Positions 10,076 through 20,575 of a DNA stretch of 64,000 nucleotides are shown in pieces. The notes beneath the pieces were generated by a model. The model worked only from the letters and a program-made list of their open reading frames with translations, ran no database searches and was not told the origin of the DNA. Each line of letters starts with the position of its first letter. Position 1 is the first letter of the stretch. The stretch comes from an uncultured delta proteobacterium (lineage in GTDB: Bacteria; Myxococcota_A; Polyangia; Palsa-1104), in contig CAWAWS010000018.1 of assembly GCA_963785725.1 (NCBI GenBank), positions 64,001 through 128,000 of the forward strand, in the 5' to 3' direction. The position numbers were made by a program, and so were the translations under genes.

Positions 10076-13000
10076 ATGCTGGTGCGCACGAGTCTTGGGA
10101 CGATGATGACGTGGCTCGCGGTCACGGTGGCCGTGGCTGTGGCTGCACCGGACCGGGCGGCGGCGGCCGAGCCCAACTGGTTCACGCGCGACCTGGCGGC
10201 GCGGCAGGCGCGCTTCGATAGAGAGGGGCGCCATCCGCAAGCGCTGGTGCCGCTGCTCGGCATCGTCACCGATCTATGGGATGGCCTCGATGACCGCGCG
10301 CCACTCGTCGCATTGCTCGATCGCGCGGTCGGGTCGACGGTCGCGCGCGCCGATGTGCGCGCCCGGGCGGCGTTCGTGCGCTCGCTCCTGCTCGACCGGC
10401 TGGGCAAGACCTCGGACGCCGAGGCCGAGCGCGCGAAGTTGGGCCTGCTGACGCAGTTTTGGGTCGTCGGGCCGTTCGACAACGAAGGCCGCACCGGTCA
10501 CGCGACGGTCTTCGGACCCGAGAAGCAGCTCTTGGCCGTGCCGCGCACCGACGCCAAGTTCGACGGCAAAGAGCGCGCGGTCACGTGGCGGCGCATGCCG
10601 GCGATCGCCGCGCAAGGGATGGTCTCGCTCGACGCCATGCTGCGGCCCGACACCAACGTCACGGCCTATCTGACGACGATGGTGCACGTGCCGAAGGCGA
10701 CGCGCGCGGCCTTGCGCGTCGGCAGCTCGGGCGCCATCGCCGCCTGGGTGAACACGACGCGCGTCTTGTCGCGCGACGTCTATCGGCCGGTGCGCTTCGA
10801 TCAAGATGCGGTGCCGGTGGAGCTGGCGGCGGGCTGGAATCGCGTGACCATCAAGCTGTCGACGCTCGACGGCGCCTGGTCCATGTTCGCGCGGCTGAGC
10901 GCGCCCGACGGCGGTCCGCTGCACGACCTCGAGTCGTCGATCGCGCCCGAGACGTTCCCGCTCGTCAGCAAAAAGCCGACGGCGGTCGCGCACTTTGCCG
11001 TCACCGACCTGCGCCGCGAGCTGGAGACGGCGACGCGCCAGCATCCGCGCGACGCGCAGGCTTGGAGCGACTTGGGCCTCTATCTAATGCATGTCGCGCC
11101 CGACGATCCCGAGCAGCGCGCGGCGGCGCAAGCGTTCGACAAGGCGGCCAAGCTCGCGCCGTCGCCGAACGCCTTTCGCCTCTTGGCGCTCGCCGAGCCG
11201 GACGCCAACGACAAGCGGCGCGCGCTCGAAAACGGCCTCTCGCCGGCGGTGAGCGGCAACGCGCCCAAAGCGGAGCTGGCGCCGCTCTACAGCGCGCTCG
11301 GCGAGATGTACCAGCGCGCGCGCCGCGAGCGTCGCGCCGAAGAGCTATGGCTCGATGGGCTGGCCGACGATCCGACCTACTGGCCGCTGACGCTGCAGCT
11401 GGCGCAGCTGGCGTCCGACCGCGGCGTGCCGTCGCGGGCGGCCGAGATGTTGGCGACGCTCGAGCTGGCGCATCCGACGCTGCGGGTCTTGCGCGCCGAG
11501 GCGCAGCTGGCCGTGCGCCGCGGCCGCCGCACCGACGCGCAGAAGCTGTATCAGCGCGTGGCCGAGGCCGAGCGCGACGACACCGACGCCCTGCGCGAGC
11601 TGTACGGCTTTGCCCGCGCCGAAGGCTCGTCGTCGGCGGCGCTGGCGTTCGCCGATCGCATCGCGGCCGTGCGACCCGACGTGCTGCAGACGGCGATCGA
11701 TCGCGCCGACGTGCTGGAAGCGGTCGGCAAAGGCGGCGAAGCGCACGACGCGCTGCTCGTCGGCTTGGCGGTGGCGCCGGACGAGACGCGGCTGCTCGAG
11801 CGCGACGGCCGCCTCCTGCATCGGCTGGGACGCGATCCGGAAGCGCTGGCGGAGCTCAAGCACGCGCTCGAGGTCCGCCCGCAAAATCCCGAGCTGCGTC
11901 AATATTTGCAGACGCTGGAGAAAGAGGAGCGCGGCAGCGACTTGGCGCGCGCCTGGGCCGTCGACGTCGCGCAGCTGATCGCGAAGACGCCGAAAGCGGA
12001 CCCCAAGCTCGATCGGGCGCGCGTGCTCTATGACCAGTCGGTGACGCGCGTGCATCCGAACGGGCTGTCGGAGAGCTTTCAGCAGCGCGTGGTCGAGATC
12101 CTCGACGATCGCGGCGCGCGCGAAGAGGGCGCCGCCGACATTCGCTACACGCCGGACACGCAATCGGTCGAGGTGCGGGCGGCGCGCGTCTACAAGAAGT
12201 CGGGCGAAGTGGTGGAGGCGACGTCGTCGGCGGAGCACGACGTGAGCGAGCCTTGGTACGGCCTTTATTACGACGTCAAATCGCAGTCGATCGAGTTCGA
12301 CGCGCTCGAGCCGGGCGACGTCGTCGACGTCGAATACGTCATCAGTGACGTCGCGCGGCGCAACATGTTCGCCGACTACTTCGGCGATCTGCACGTGCTG
12401 CAAGAGGGGCTGCCGCGGCTCGACACGCGTTACGTCTTGATCGCGCCGAAGAACAAGACGCTCTATTTCAACAAGCCGCACCTCGCCAACGGCTTGCGGT
12501 TCGACGAGAAGGTGAGCGGCGACGAGCGCATTTACACCTTCGCGGCGCACGAGGTGCCGAAGGTCGACGTCGAGCCGGGCATGCCGGGATTTACCGACGT
12601 CGCGGCGTACGTGCACGTGTCGACGTACAAAACCTGGGACGAGGTGGCGACCTGGTATCGCGGGCTCGTCGCCGAGCAGCTGCAGACGAGCCCGCAGATC
12701 CACGACGCCGTGGCGCAGGCCGCGGCCGGGTTGACCGACGAGCGCGCGCGCATTCGCGCCGTCTACGATCTCGTCGTGCGCAAGACGCGCTACGTCGGGC
12801 TCGAGTTCGGCATTCACGGCTATCAGCCCTATCGCACGACGCAGGTGTTCGCGCGCAAGTTCGGCGACTGTAAAGACAAGGCGTCGCTGCTCGTCGTCAT
12901 GCTGCGCGAGATCGGCGTCGAGGCGACGCTGGTGTTGGCGCGCACGCGGCACGGCGGCGATCTCGACGCCGAGCCGGCGTCGCTGGCGCCGTTCGATCAC

Positions 13001-13797
13001 GCCATCGTCTACGTGCCCAAATACGACCTGTTTCTCGACGGAACGGCCGAGTTCTCGGGTGCCGACGAGCTGCCGGCGCAGGATCAGGACATCCCGGTGT
13101 TGATCGTCAACGAAGGCAAGCTCAAGCGGACGCCGGTGTTGTCGGCGGCGCACAACCGCGTGGCGACGGAGCTGCACGTGCAGCTCGACGGCAACGGCGC
13201 GGCGCAAAGTGGACGAGCACGTCGTCGTCGCCGGCGAGGTGGCGCACGAGTGGCGCGCCGCACTATCAGTCGCCGGGCGAGCGGCTCGAGCGCTACGGCA
13301 AGGCGTGGGCGGCCAAGCATCCGGGCGCGCGCGTGGTCGCCGTCGACATGCCGGGCGTGGGCGATCGCGAGCGGCCGGTCGACGTGCACGCCAAAGTCGA
13401 TGTGCCCGATTGGGCGCGCGCCGAGCAGACGGCCGGCGGCGAGCACGACCTCGTCATGCCGGCGATCGGACGCGAGGCCGACATGCTGCGCTCGTACGCG
13501 CGGCTGTCGGCGCGGCAATACGATCTCGTGCTCGGCTTCCCGTGGCAGCAGGACGACAAAGTGACCGTGAGCGTGCCGGCCGGTCTGGCGGTCAAGCGGT
13601 TGCCCGAAGCGCGAACGGTGACGGCGCCGTTCGGTCACTTCACGCTGACGGCGCACGAGGTCGCGGGCGCGGTCGAGGTCGACGCCGCGCTGGAGGTCGA
13701 TCGCCATCGCATCGCGCGCGAGGACTACGCCGCCTTTCGTCGCTTCTGCGCCGACGTCGACGCGGCGCTCGCCCAGGACGTGGTGATCGGCAAGTGA
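10076..13797 (+). CDS. Secreted TPR + DUF3857 + transglutaminase-like protein; two +1 frameshifts (about 13208 and 13260)
   Basis: Signal peptide and TPR-like helices; LEPGDVVDVEY (DUF3857-like); putative triad FGDCKDKA / FDHAI / FLDGT. The C-terminus continues via VDEHVVVAGEVAHEWRA and then HYQSPGERLE...VVIGK* (stop 13797). Confidence 0.85.
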
Positions 13798-16700
13798 CGC
13801 GCCTGCTCGCTCTTTCGTGCCTCTTCGTGACCGGTTGCGCGGCGATGCAGCCGAAGCCGACGCCGCCGGTCGATTCGGCCGGTCAGCGCGGCTGGCAGGC
13901 TTGGCTCGCCGGCGACAGCCAGCGCGCCGGTCAACAGTTCGCCGCGGCGCCGCCCGACGACGCGCGCGCACTCTATGGTCGCGCGCTGCTCCTGCACGAG
14001 CGCGCCGACTGGGATCGGGCGTGGTCGGCGTGGCTGGCCGTGCTCGAGGGCGCGACCCAGCATCCGCACGATGGGTGGTGGAGCGCGCTCGGCGACTCGG
14101 CCGCCGACAAGCTGGCGCAGCTGACCGGCGAAGTGCCGGGCGAGCCGCTGCAAGCGCAGAAGCTGGCGGCGCTCGACCTCGACAAGCTGAGCCTCTCGGC
14201 GCGGCGCGCGGTCCTCGGCATGCGCGCCAGCTACGCGCGCCGCTTCGGACAGGAGGCGGTCGCCCGCGAGCTCGAGCGCGCACGCGGCTGCGCCGATCGC
14301 TGGTTCATCGCCGGCGCCTACGGCACGTTGCCGCGGCTCGACCTGCAGAAGAGCTACGGCCCCGAGCTCGACCTCGATCGCGAGCGGCTGCGCGCGCTGC
14401 CGACGCGCGGCTGCGCCGTCGGGGTCGAGGCCGAGCGTGGCCGTTCGGGCGTGCTCTACGCCGTGCAGTGGTGGAAGGCGGCGCACCGGACCGAGGCGCG
14501 CATCATCATCGACAGCGATCAGCCGTGGCGCCTCTTCGTCGACGATACGGCGCTGTTCGACGCCATCGATGTCGCGCGCGTGCCGGCGCGGGTGCGGACG
14601 CTCGTCGTGCCGCTGTCGGCGGGCTGGCATCGCGTCGTCGTCAAGCTGGCGGGCACGGGCGGTCGCGCCGACGTCGAGCTGGCGGTCGTCGCCGAATCCG
14701 AGGCGCTCACGGCCTGGACCGGCGACGCGGCCAGCGCGCCCAAGACGACGCCGTCCAAGTCGCTGAGCGCGGTCGAGCTCAAGGCCGATTGGCCGACCAT
14801 CGCGCCGGCGCCGGATGGGCCCAATGGCGCCGATGCGGCCAACGTCGATCGCTCGCTGCTCGACTTTCTCGTCGCGCACGCCGCCCATCGCGACGGCGAC
14901 AACGACGCCGGCGAAGACGCGCTCGCTCGTCTGACGCGCCGCTCACCCAAGTTCGCGCCGGCGCAGCTCATGGCCGCGCAGCTGCACGCCGACGATCCGT
15001 CGATTCCGGCGCGGCTCGCGCGCGACGAAGGCCGCCGCGCCCTCGAACGCGCGCTGGCCCTCGACCCGACGCTCGAACGCGCGCGCTACAACCTGGCGCT
15101 GATGGAGCTGAACGCCGATCGTCCGCGCGAAGCCTTGGCGCGGCTCGATCAGGTGACCGCGTCGTCGAGCTGGCGCTTCCAATTCGCGCGCTATCAGGCG
15201 CTCAAGCAGCGCGGCTGGGCGCGCGAGGCCGACTTGGCGCTCGCCGAAGCGCGCCGCCGCGATCCCGAAGCCTGCCTGGCGCTCTTGGCCGACGTCGAGC
15301 TCAAGCGCGAGCGGCACGAGGTGCGCGAGGCGCTGGCGCTGGCGCGGCAGGCCGTCGGCTGCGGCGGCGGCAACGACGAGCTGGCCGACCTTCTGCGCAC
15401 GACCGGCGACCTCGCCGGCGCCATCGCCGAATATCGCCGCTTGTTGGCGCTCGATCCCATGCGCGAGAGCGTGCGCTCGGGGCTGGCCGAGACGCTGGCG
15501 CAAGCGGGCGACGACAAAGGCGCCGCCGCCGAGCTGACGCAGCTGGTGGCGCGCTATCCCAAGATCTCGCATTACCGCCGCGAATTGGCCGATCGGCTGT
15601 TCGCGCTCGGCGACGTCAAGAGCGCGCATCAAGTCATCGTCGCCGGCCTGGCCGAGACGCCCGAGAGCCAAGAGCTGCACCGCGCGCTGGCCGCGCTCTG
15701 CCCGGCGTCGAGCACCGAGCGCTGTCCCGGCATCATGGACGCGTTCCGCGTCGACGGCCGCGCCACCATCGCCGCCTTCGAAGCCGACAGCACCAAGCCG
15801 CGCTGGGACACGCCCGCCGTCATCGTCCTCGATCGCACCGTCACGCGCGTGTTCGCCACCGGCGCGCGCCTGACGCTGACGCACTCGATCGTCCGCGTAC
15901 AGGACAAGGACGCCATCGACAAGTTCGGCGAGGTGACCATCCCCAGCGACGCCGACGTCCTCGTCCTACGCACCATCAAAGCCGACGGGACCACGCGCGA
16001 GCCCGAAGAGATCGGCGAAAAAGAGAGCGTCTCGGTGCCCGACTTGGAGCCGGGCGATTATGTCGAGTACGAATGGGTGGAGGCGTCGGCGCCGCCGGCG
16101 GCCTTTCCGGGCGGGTTCATCGCCGAGCGCTTCTATTTCTCGTCTTACGATGCGCCGCTGTACGAGAGCATTTACGTCGTCGTCGCGCCGTCGGATCTGA
16201 AGCTGCAAGTGGACCGCCGCGGTCAAGACGTGCCGGCGCCGGTGACGAACAAGTCGAACGATGGCTTGGCCGTGACGACCTACGTGACGCACTTGGCGCC
16301 GCAGCTCTTCGCCGAGCCCTCGTCCGCGCCGTTCGCCGAGTATTTGCCGTCGGTGCGCGTGGCGTCGGGCCTGTCGTTGCCGGCGTGGAAGGACTATCTC
16401 ACCGATCAAAACCTGCTAGCCGAGCGCGCCAACAACGCCATCCGCCGCGTCGCCGCCGACGCCACGCGTGGTCTGCACGGCGACGCCGAGAAGATCCGCG
16501 CGCTCGACGCCTGGGTGCGCAAGCACATCAAGGGCGGCGGCGCGCTCGACGAAGCGGCGACGTCGATCCTGGCGCGCGAGGAGGGCAATCGCGTGACGCT
16601 GTTGACGGCGCTCTTGCGTGCGGCCGACGTCCACGCCGACGTCTGGCTCGTGCGTTCGCCGCGCAGCCCGCTGCTCGACGGTGAGCTGCCCGATCTCGAA

Positions 16701-17498
16701 GGCTATGACGAGCCGATTCTGATCGCCGCCGGGCAAGAGATCGATCCGCGCTGGCGGCACGCGCCGGCGGGCTTCGTCACGCCCAGCCTGCGCGGCGGCA
16801 CCGCCTTTGCGCTCGCCGCCGGCCCGCTGCGCACGCGCACGCTCGCCGCCACCAACCCCGACGATCGCCGCATGCAGTTCGACGTGCGCCTCGCCGCCGA
16901 CGGCTCGGGCGACGTCACCGTGCGCGAAGACTTACGCGGCTGGCCCGCCGTCGAATGGCGCGAGGCGCTCGAGAAGCTCGCCGCCGATCGCGTCAACGCC
17001 GAGTTCGAGCAGCACACGCTCGGCTTCCACTTCCCCGGTGCGTCACTCGTGAGCCTGGGCTGGGAAGGCAAAGACGATGACGCCGCGCCCTTCGTCGTCA
17101 GCTATCGCTTTCACGCGCCGCAGCTCGGTCGCCGCGTCGGCCGCGACCTCGTCGTGACCGCGCCCTTCGCCGCGCAGCTCGGCCGTCGCTACATCGGCGT
17201 CGCCGCGCGCACGACGCCGATGCAGCTCGACTACACGCCGCCGACGCAGCTGCACGCGCGCATCACCTTGCCGGCACACTCGATCGCCTCCTTGCCGCCG
17301 GCGGTGCGCGCGCAGGAGCCGTTCGCGCTCTTCGAGCAGTCGGTGTCGTCGGGCGCGGGCGCGGTCGAGCTGGACGCGCGCTTCGTCATGTCGGACACGC
17401 GGCTGCCGGCGGCGAGCTATCGCGAGCTCGTCGACTTCGCCCAGCGCGTCGACCGCGCCGAGGCCAAGGCGCTGGAAATTCGCCCCGCCCAGAAGTAG
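13794..17498 (+). CDS. Lipoprotein with TPR and DUF3857-like domains and a degenerate transglutaminase fold
   Basis: GTG 13794 overlaps the upstream stop (GTGA). Lipobox VTGC; LEPGDYVEYEW; GNRVTLL in place of GDCKD. Confidence 0.83.
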   Translation: MTRLLALSCLFVTGCAAMQPKPTPPVDSAGQRGWQAWLAGDSQRAGQQFAAAPPDDARALYGRALLLHERADWDRAWSAWLAVLEGATQHPHDGWWSALGDSAADKLAQLTGEVPGEPLQAQKLAALDLDKLSLSARRAVLGMRASYARRFGQEAVARELERARGCADRWFIAGAYGTLPRLDLQKSYGPELDLDRERLRALPTRGCAVGVEAERGRSGVLYAVQWWKAAHRTEARIIIDSDQPWRLFVDDTALFDAIDVARVPARVRTLVVPLSAGWHRVVVKLAGTGGRADVELAVVAESEALTAWTGDAASAPKTTPSKSLSAVELKADWPTIAPAPDGPNGADAANVDRSLLDFLVAHAAHRDGDNDAGEDALARLTRRSPKFAPAQLMAAQLHADDPSIPARLARDEGRRALERALALDPTLERARYNLALMELNADRPREALARLDQVTASSSWRFQFARYQALKQRGWAREADLALAEARRRDPEACLALLADVELKRERHEVREALALARQAVGCGGGNDELADLLRTTGDLAGAIAEYRRLLALDPMRESVRSGLAETLAQAGDDKGAAAELTQLVARYPKISHYRRELADRLFALGDVKSAHQVIVAGLAETPESQELHRALAALCPASSTERCPGIMDAFRVDGRATIAAFEADSTKPRWDTPAVIVLDRTVTRVFATGARLTLTHSIVRVQDKDAIDKFGEVTIPSDADVLVLRTIKADGTTREPEEIGEKESVSVPDLEPGDYVEYEWVEASAPPAAFPGGFIAERFYFSSYDAPLYESIYVVVAPSDLKLQVDRRGQDVPAPVTNKSNDGLAVTTYVTHLAPQLFAEPSSAPFAEYLPSVRVASGLSLPAWKDYLTDQNLLAERANNAIRRVAADATRGLHGDAEKIRALDAWVRKHIKGGGALDEAATSILAREEGNRVTLLTALLRAADVHADVWLVRSPRSPLLDGELPDLEGYDEPILIAAGQEIDPRWRHAPAGFVTPSLRGGTAFALAAGPLRTRTLAATNPDDRRMQFDVRLAADGSGDVTVREDLRGWPAVEWREALEKLAADRVNAEFEQHTLGFHFPGASLVSLGWEGKDDDAAPFVVSYRFHAPQLGRRVGRDLVVTAPFAAQLGRRYIGVAARTTPMQLDYTPPTQLHARITLPAHSIASLPPAVRAQEPFALFEQSVSSGAGAVELDARFVMSDTRLPAASYRELVDFAQRVDRAEAKALEIRPAQK

Positions 17499-17576
17499 CC
17501 CGCGCACCCGCACACACTCTTCGTGTCGATTCGTCCACGAGGGCGCGCAACGCCGCGTCCGCCGTGCATCTCCCGC

Positions 17577-17592
17577 TGGCACGTCGGCTGCT
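17577..17592 (+). promoter_or_regulatory. Putative sigma-54 (-24/-12) promoter
   Basis: TGGCACGTCGGCTGCT fits TGGCAC-N5-(T)TGCW with correct GG/GC spacing; about 30 nt upstream of the ATG at 17624, with a purine-rich RBS between. Confidence 0.6.
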
Positions 17593-17623
17593 TTAGCGAC
17601 GAAAGCGAAAGGGGAACACGACC

Positions 17624-18415
17624 ATGCGTAATCTTCACTTTGTCTTGCGGGCGTTTGCGGGAGCGGTTGCGGTGACGACGTTGGTGGCTTGCGAGGAGGA
17701 GACGCCGGTCAAGCGGCCGACGCCGACGGTGAGCGCGCCGGCGCAGCCGAAGCCGGAGGAGCGCGTCGCCATGCCGGTGCCGCCGCCGGCGCCGATCGTC
17801 GTCAAGCCGGTGGCGCCGCCGACGGTCGCCGCGACCGACAAAGGCGCGCCCGACAAAGACGACAGCGGCGAGCCCGAGGATCTGGTGTCGGCGGCGCGCG
17901 CGGCGCTCGGCAAAGGCGAGCTCGATCGCGCGCTCAAGCTGGCGCGGCTGGCGACCAAGCGCAATGCGCAGCGGTCGTCGGCGTGGAACACGCTCGGTCG
18001 CGTGCAGCTCAAGCGCGGCCTGCGCAAGGAGGCGATCGCGAGCTTCCAGGAAGCGGTGGAGCGCAATCCGTCGTCGAGCTACGCGCAGAACAACTTGGGG
18101 CTGGCGCTGATCTACGACGGGCAGTTCGACGAGGCGGTCGGCCCGCTGGAAGAGGCGACGCAGCTGTCGCCGGTCGAGGGTTATATGTGGAACAACCTCG
18201 GCATGGCCTACGAGCACCTCGATCGGCTGGAGGAGGCGCGCGACGCTTACCAGACGGCGATGCAGCTGGCGGTGCCGCGCGCGAAGGAGAACTTCGCGCG
18301 GCTGCAAGGCGTCAAGAGCGTGCGCACCGCCAGCGCCGACGTGACGCCGACGGCGCCGGCGGACGACTACATGCCGCACGATGAAGTCGGCACCGACGAC
18401 GCCGGCGCCAACTAA
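17624..18415 (+). CDS. TPR-repeat lipoprotein
   Basis: Lipobox LVAC, Pro-rich linker, TPR motifs AWNTLGRV, AQNNLGLAL and MWNNLGMAY. Confidence 0.88.
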   Translation: MRNLHFVLRAFAGAVAVTTLVACEEETPVKRPTPTVSAPAQPKPEERVAMPVPPPAPIVVKPVAPPTVAATDKGAPDKDDSGEPEDLVSAARAALGKGELDRALKLARLATKRNAQRSSAWNTLGRVQLKRGLRKEAIASFQEAVERNPSSSYAQNNLGLALIYDGQFDEAVGPLEEATQLSPVEGYMWNNLGMAYEHLDRLEEARDAYQTAMQLAVPRAKENFARLQGVKSVRTASADVTPTAPADDYMPHDEVGTDDAGAN

Positions 18416-18481
18416 TCAGCGCCGCTCCAACGGGCTGATCCTACCGTTACGGCGCAACCTCGCGCCGCCTCCACACGAAAT

Positions 18482-18955
18482 TCACTGGCCCTGGTCGATG
18501 GGGACGTCGGTGAACGTGCCGCTGGTTTCGCAGTCGTTGGGCCCGCTGCCGACGAAATCGCCGCTCACCTTGCCGCTCGTCGGCGTCAAGTGGATGACGG
18601 CCGCGGTGGTGGCGCAGCCGGCGCCGCCCAAGTAGACGCTCATCTGTGTCGTCGACGTGGCCGAGATCGAGAGCGTGACGGCGTCGCCGGCCAGGAGCTG
18701 CGCCTTGCCGTCGAGGCCGCTGACGTCGTCGGTGCCGATGACGAGCCCGAAGACGAGCGCCGCCGACGTGCCGTTGAGCGTCATGGGCGTGGCCGTGGCG
18801 TCGACGAGCGCCTTGGTCGTCAAGGCCGGGCCGCTATTGAGCGTCGCCGAGATGCTGCCGCCCGGTTCGACGTGCGGCGTCACGAGGTCGGTCACCGGCG
18901 ACCAGCAGCCGCTCAGCGCAAAAATCGACAGCAGACCGAGCCAATGACGCCTCAC
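18482..18955 (-). CDS. Hypothetical lipoprotein
   Basis: GTG start VRRHWLGLLSIFALSGC (lipobox LSGC); Thr/Ser/Gly-rich, beta-like mature part. Confidence 0.7.
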   Translation of the reverse strand: MRRHWLGLLSIFALSGCWSPVTDLVTPHVEPGGSISATLNSGPALTTKALVDATATPMTLNGTSAALVFGLVIGTDDVSGLDGKAQLLAGDAVTLSISATSTTQMSVYLGGAGCATTAAVIHLTPTSGKVSGDFVGSGPNDCETSGTFTDVPIDQGQ

Positions 18956-19011
18956 GGCCCCTAGCCTAGCCGCGATCGTGCGTCGCGGCAATTTCTGACG
19001 TATTCTGGCGT

Positions 19012-20568
19012 ATGGTGCGCCGTATCCTCGTCGCCGCAGTCGCTCTGACGGCATGCTTCGCCTGCGCGCCCGACAAGCCGCGCGGCGACACGACGGTGCT
19101 CGTCGGCCGCGCGTCGGACGCGCTGGCGCTCGATCCGGCGCGCATCGCCGACATCGAGTCGTCGGAAGTGACCGAGCAGCTCTTCGATCATTTGGTGCGC
19201 TACAAAGCCGACTCGACCGAGATCGAGCCGGCGCTGGCCGAGAGCTGGGAGAAGTCGCCCGACGGTCGCGTGTGGACGTTCCATCTGCGCCGCAATGTGC
19301 GCTTCCACGACGGCACACCCTTCGACGCCGACGCGGTCGTCTTCAGCTTCGACCGTCAGCGCGACCCGCGCCATCCGCACCATCAGTCCGACTTCGTTTA
19401 CTGGGAGACCAACTTCCGCAACATTCAGTCGGTCGATCGCGTCGATTCGTACACCGTGCGCATCACGATCGATCGGCCCTATGCGCCGTTTCTGGCGAAC
19501 TTGGCGATGTTCCCCGTGTCGATCGTGTCGCCGGCGGCGGTGCGTAAGTACGGCGCCGATTTCGCGCGTCATCCCGTCGGCACGGGGCCGTTTCGCTTCG
19601 TCGAGTGGTCGCCGGGCGAGCGCATCATTTTGGCCGCGAATCCCAATTATTGGGGCGGCGCGCCGCACATCCAGCACCTCGTGTTCGTGACCATCCGCGA
19701 CGCGCGCCAGCGCCTCGTCGCGCTCGAAGGCGGCGCCATCGACGTGGCCGAGAACCTGTCGCCCGAAGATCTGCAGTTCGTGGCGCTGCATCCCGAGCTG
19801 CGGCTCCTGCGTTCGTCGGGCAACAACGTGGCCTATCTGGCGATGAACACGCAGCATCCGCCCTTCGACGACGTGCGCGTGCGGCGCGCGGTCAACTACG
19901 CCATCAACAAGACGGCGATCGTCAAGCTCCTGTTTCAAGGGCAGGCGCAGCCGGCGACGTCGCCGCTGCCGCCGTCGGTGTGGGGTCACGTCGACGAGCC
20001 GCTCTATCGCTACGATCGCGAGGAGGCGATGAAGCTGCTGGCCGAGGCGCACTACACGCGGCCGCAGCATCTGCCGAAGCTGTACGTCATGGACACGCCG
20101 CGCGATTACATGCCGGCGCCGGAGACGCTGGCGCGCATGATCCAGCACAACTTGCGCGACGTCGGCATGGACGTGGAGGTCGTGGTCAACGACATCGACA
20201 CCGACGTCAGGCTGACGCAAAACGGGCAGCACGACCTGTGCTTGCTCGGCTGGTCGGCCGACGCCATCGACCCCGACAATTTCCTCTACGTGCTCTTCGA
20301 CTCGGACAACGCCGAGCCGGGCACGGCGCGCAACCTCGCCTTCTTCAAGAACGCCGAGCTGCACGGCATCTTGGCGTGGGCGCAAGAGTCGTCGGATCGG
20401 GCCGAGCGCGAGCGCTATTACAAGAAGGCGCAGGACATCATCGCCAAGCAGGCGCCGTGGGTGCCGCTGGCGCACGGCGACTCGGTGCTGGCGGTGCGCG
20501 CGTCGCTGGGCGGGCTGCAGATTCAGCCGCTCGTCGGCATCTACTTTCAGCCGGTATTCCGGCGATGA
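19012..20568 (+). CDS. ABC transporter family-5 (DppA/OppA-like) substrate-binding lipoprotein, no adjacent permease
   Basis: PALAESWEKSPDGRVWTFHLRRNVRFHDGTPFDADAVVFSF, PVGTGPF and DVRVRRAVNYAIN. Confidence 0.92.
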   Translation: MVRRILVAAVALTACFACAPDKPRGDTTVLVGRASDALALDPARIADIESSEVTEQLFDHLVRYKADSTEIEPALAESWEKSPDGRVWTFHLRRNVRFHDGTPFDADAVVFSFDRQRDPRHPHHQSDFVYWETNFRNIQSVDRVDSYTVRITIDRPYAPFLANLAMFPVSIVSPAAVRKYGADFARHPVGTGPFRFVEWSPGERIILAANPNYWGGAPHIQHLVFVTIRDARQRLVALEGGAIDVAENLSPEDLQFVALHPELRLLRSSGNNVAYLAMNTQHPPFDDVRVRRAVNYAINKTAIVKLLFQGQAQPATSPLPPSVWGHVDEPLYRYDREEAMKLLAEAHYTRPQHLPKLYVMDTPRDYMPAPETLARMIQHNLRDVGMDVEVVVNDIDTDVRLTQNGQHDLCLLGWSADAIDPDNFLYVLFDSDNAEPGTARNLAFFKNAELHGILAWAQESSDRAERERYYKKAQDIIAKQAPWVPLAHGDSVLAVRASLGGLQIQPLVGIYFQPVFRR

Positions 20569-20575
20569 GTCGTCG

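Noticed and set aside
13209..13793. 1429-aa ORF starting at 13209
   Set aside because: Its first ~195 codons overlap the frameshifted tail of the upstream gene. The real start is GTG 13794, with a lipoprotein signal.
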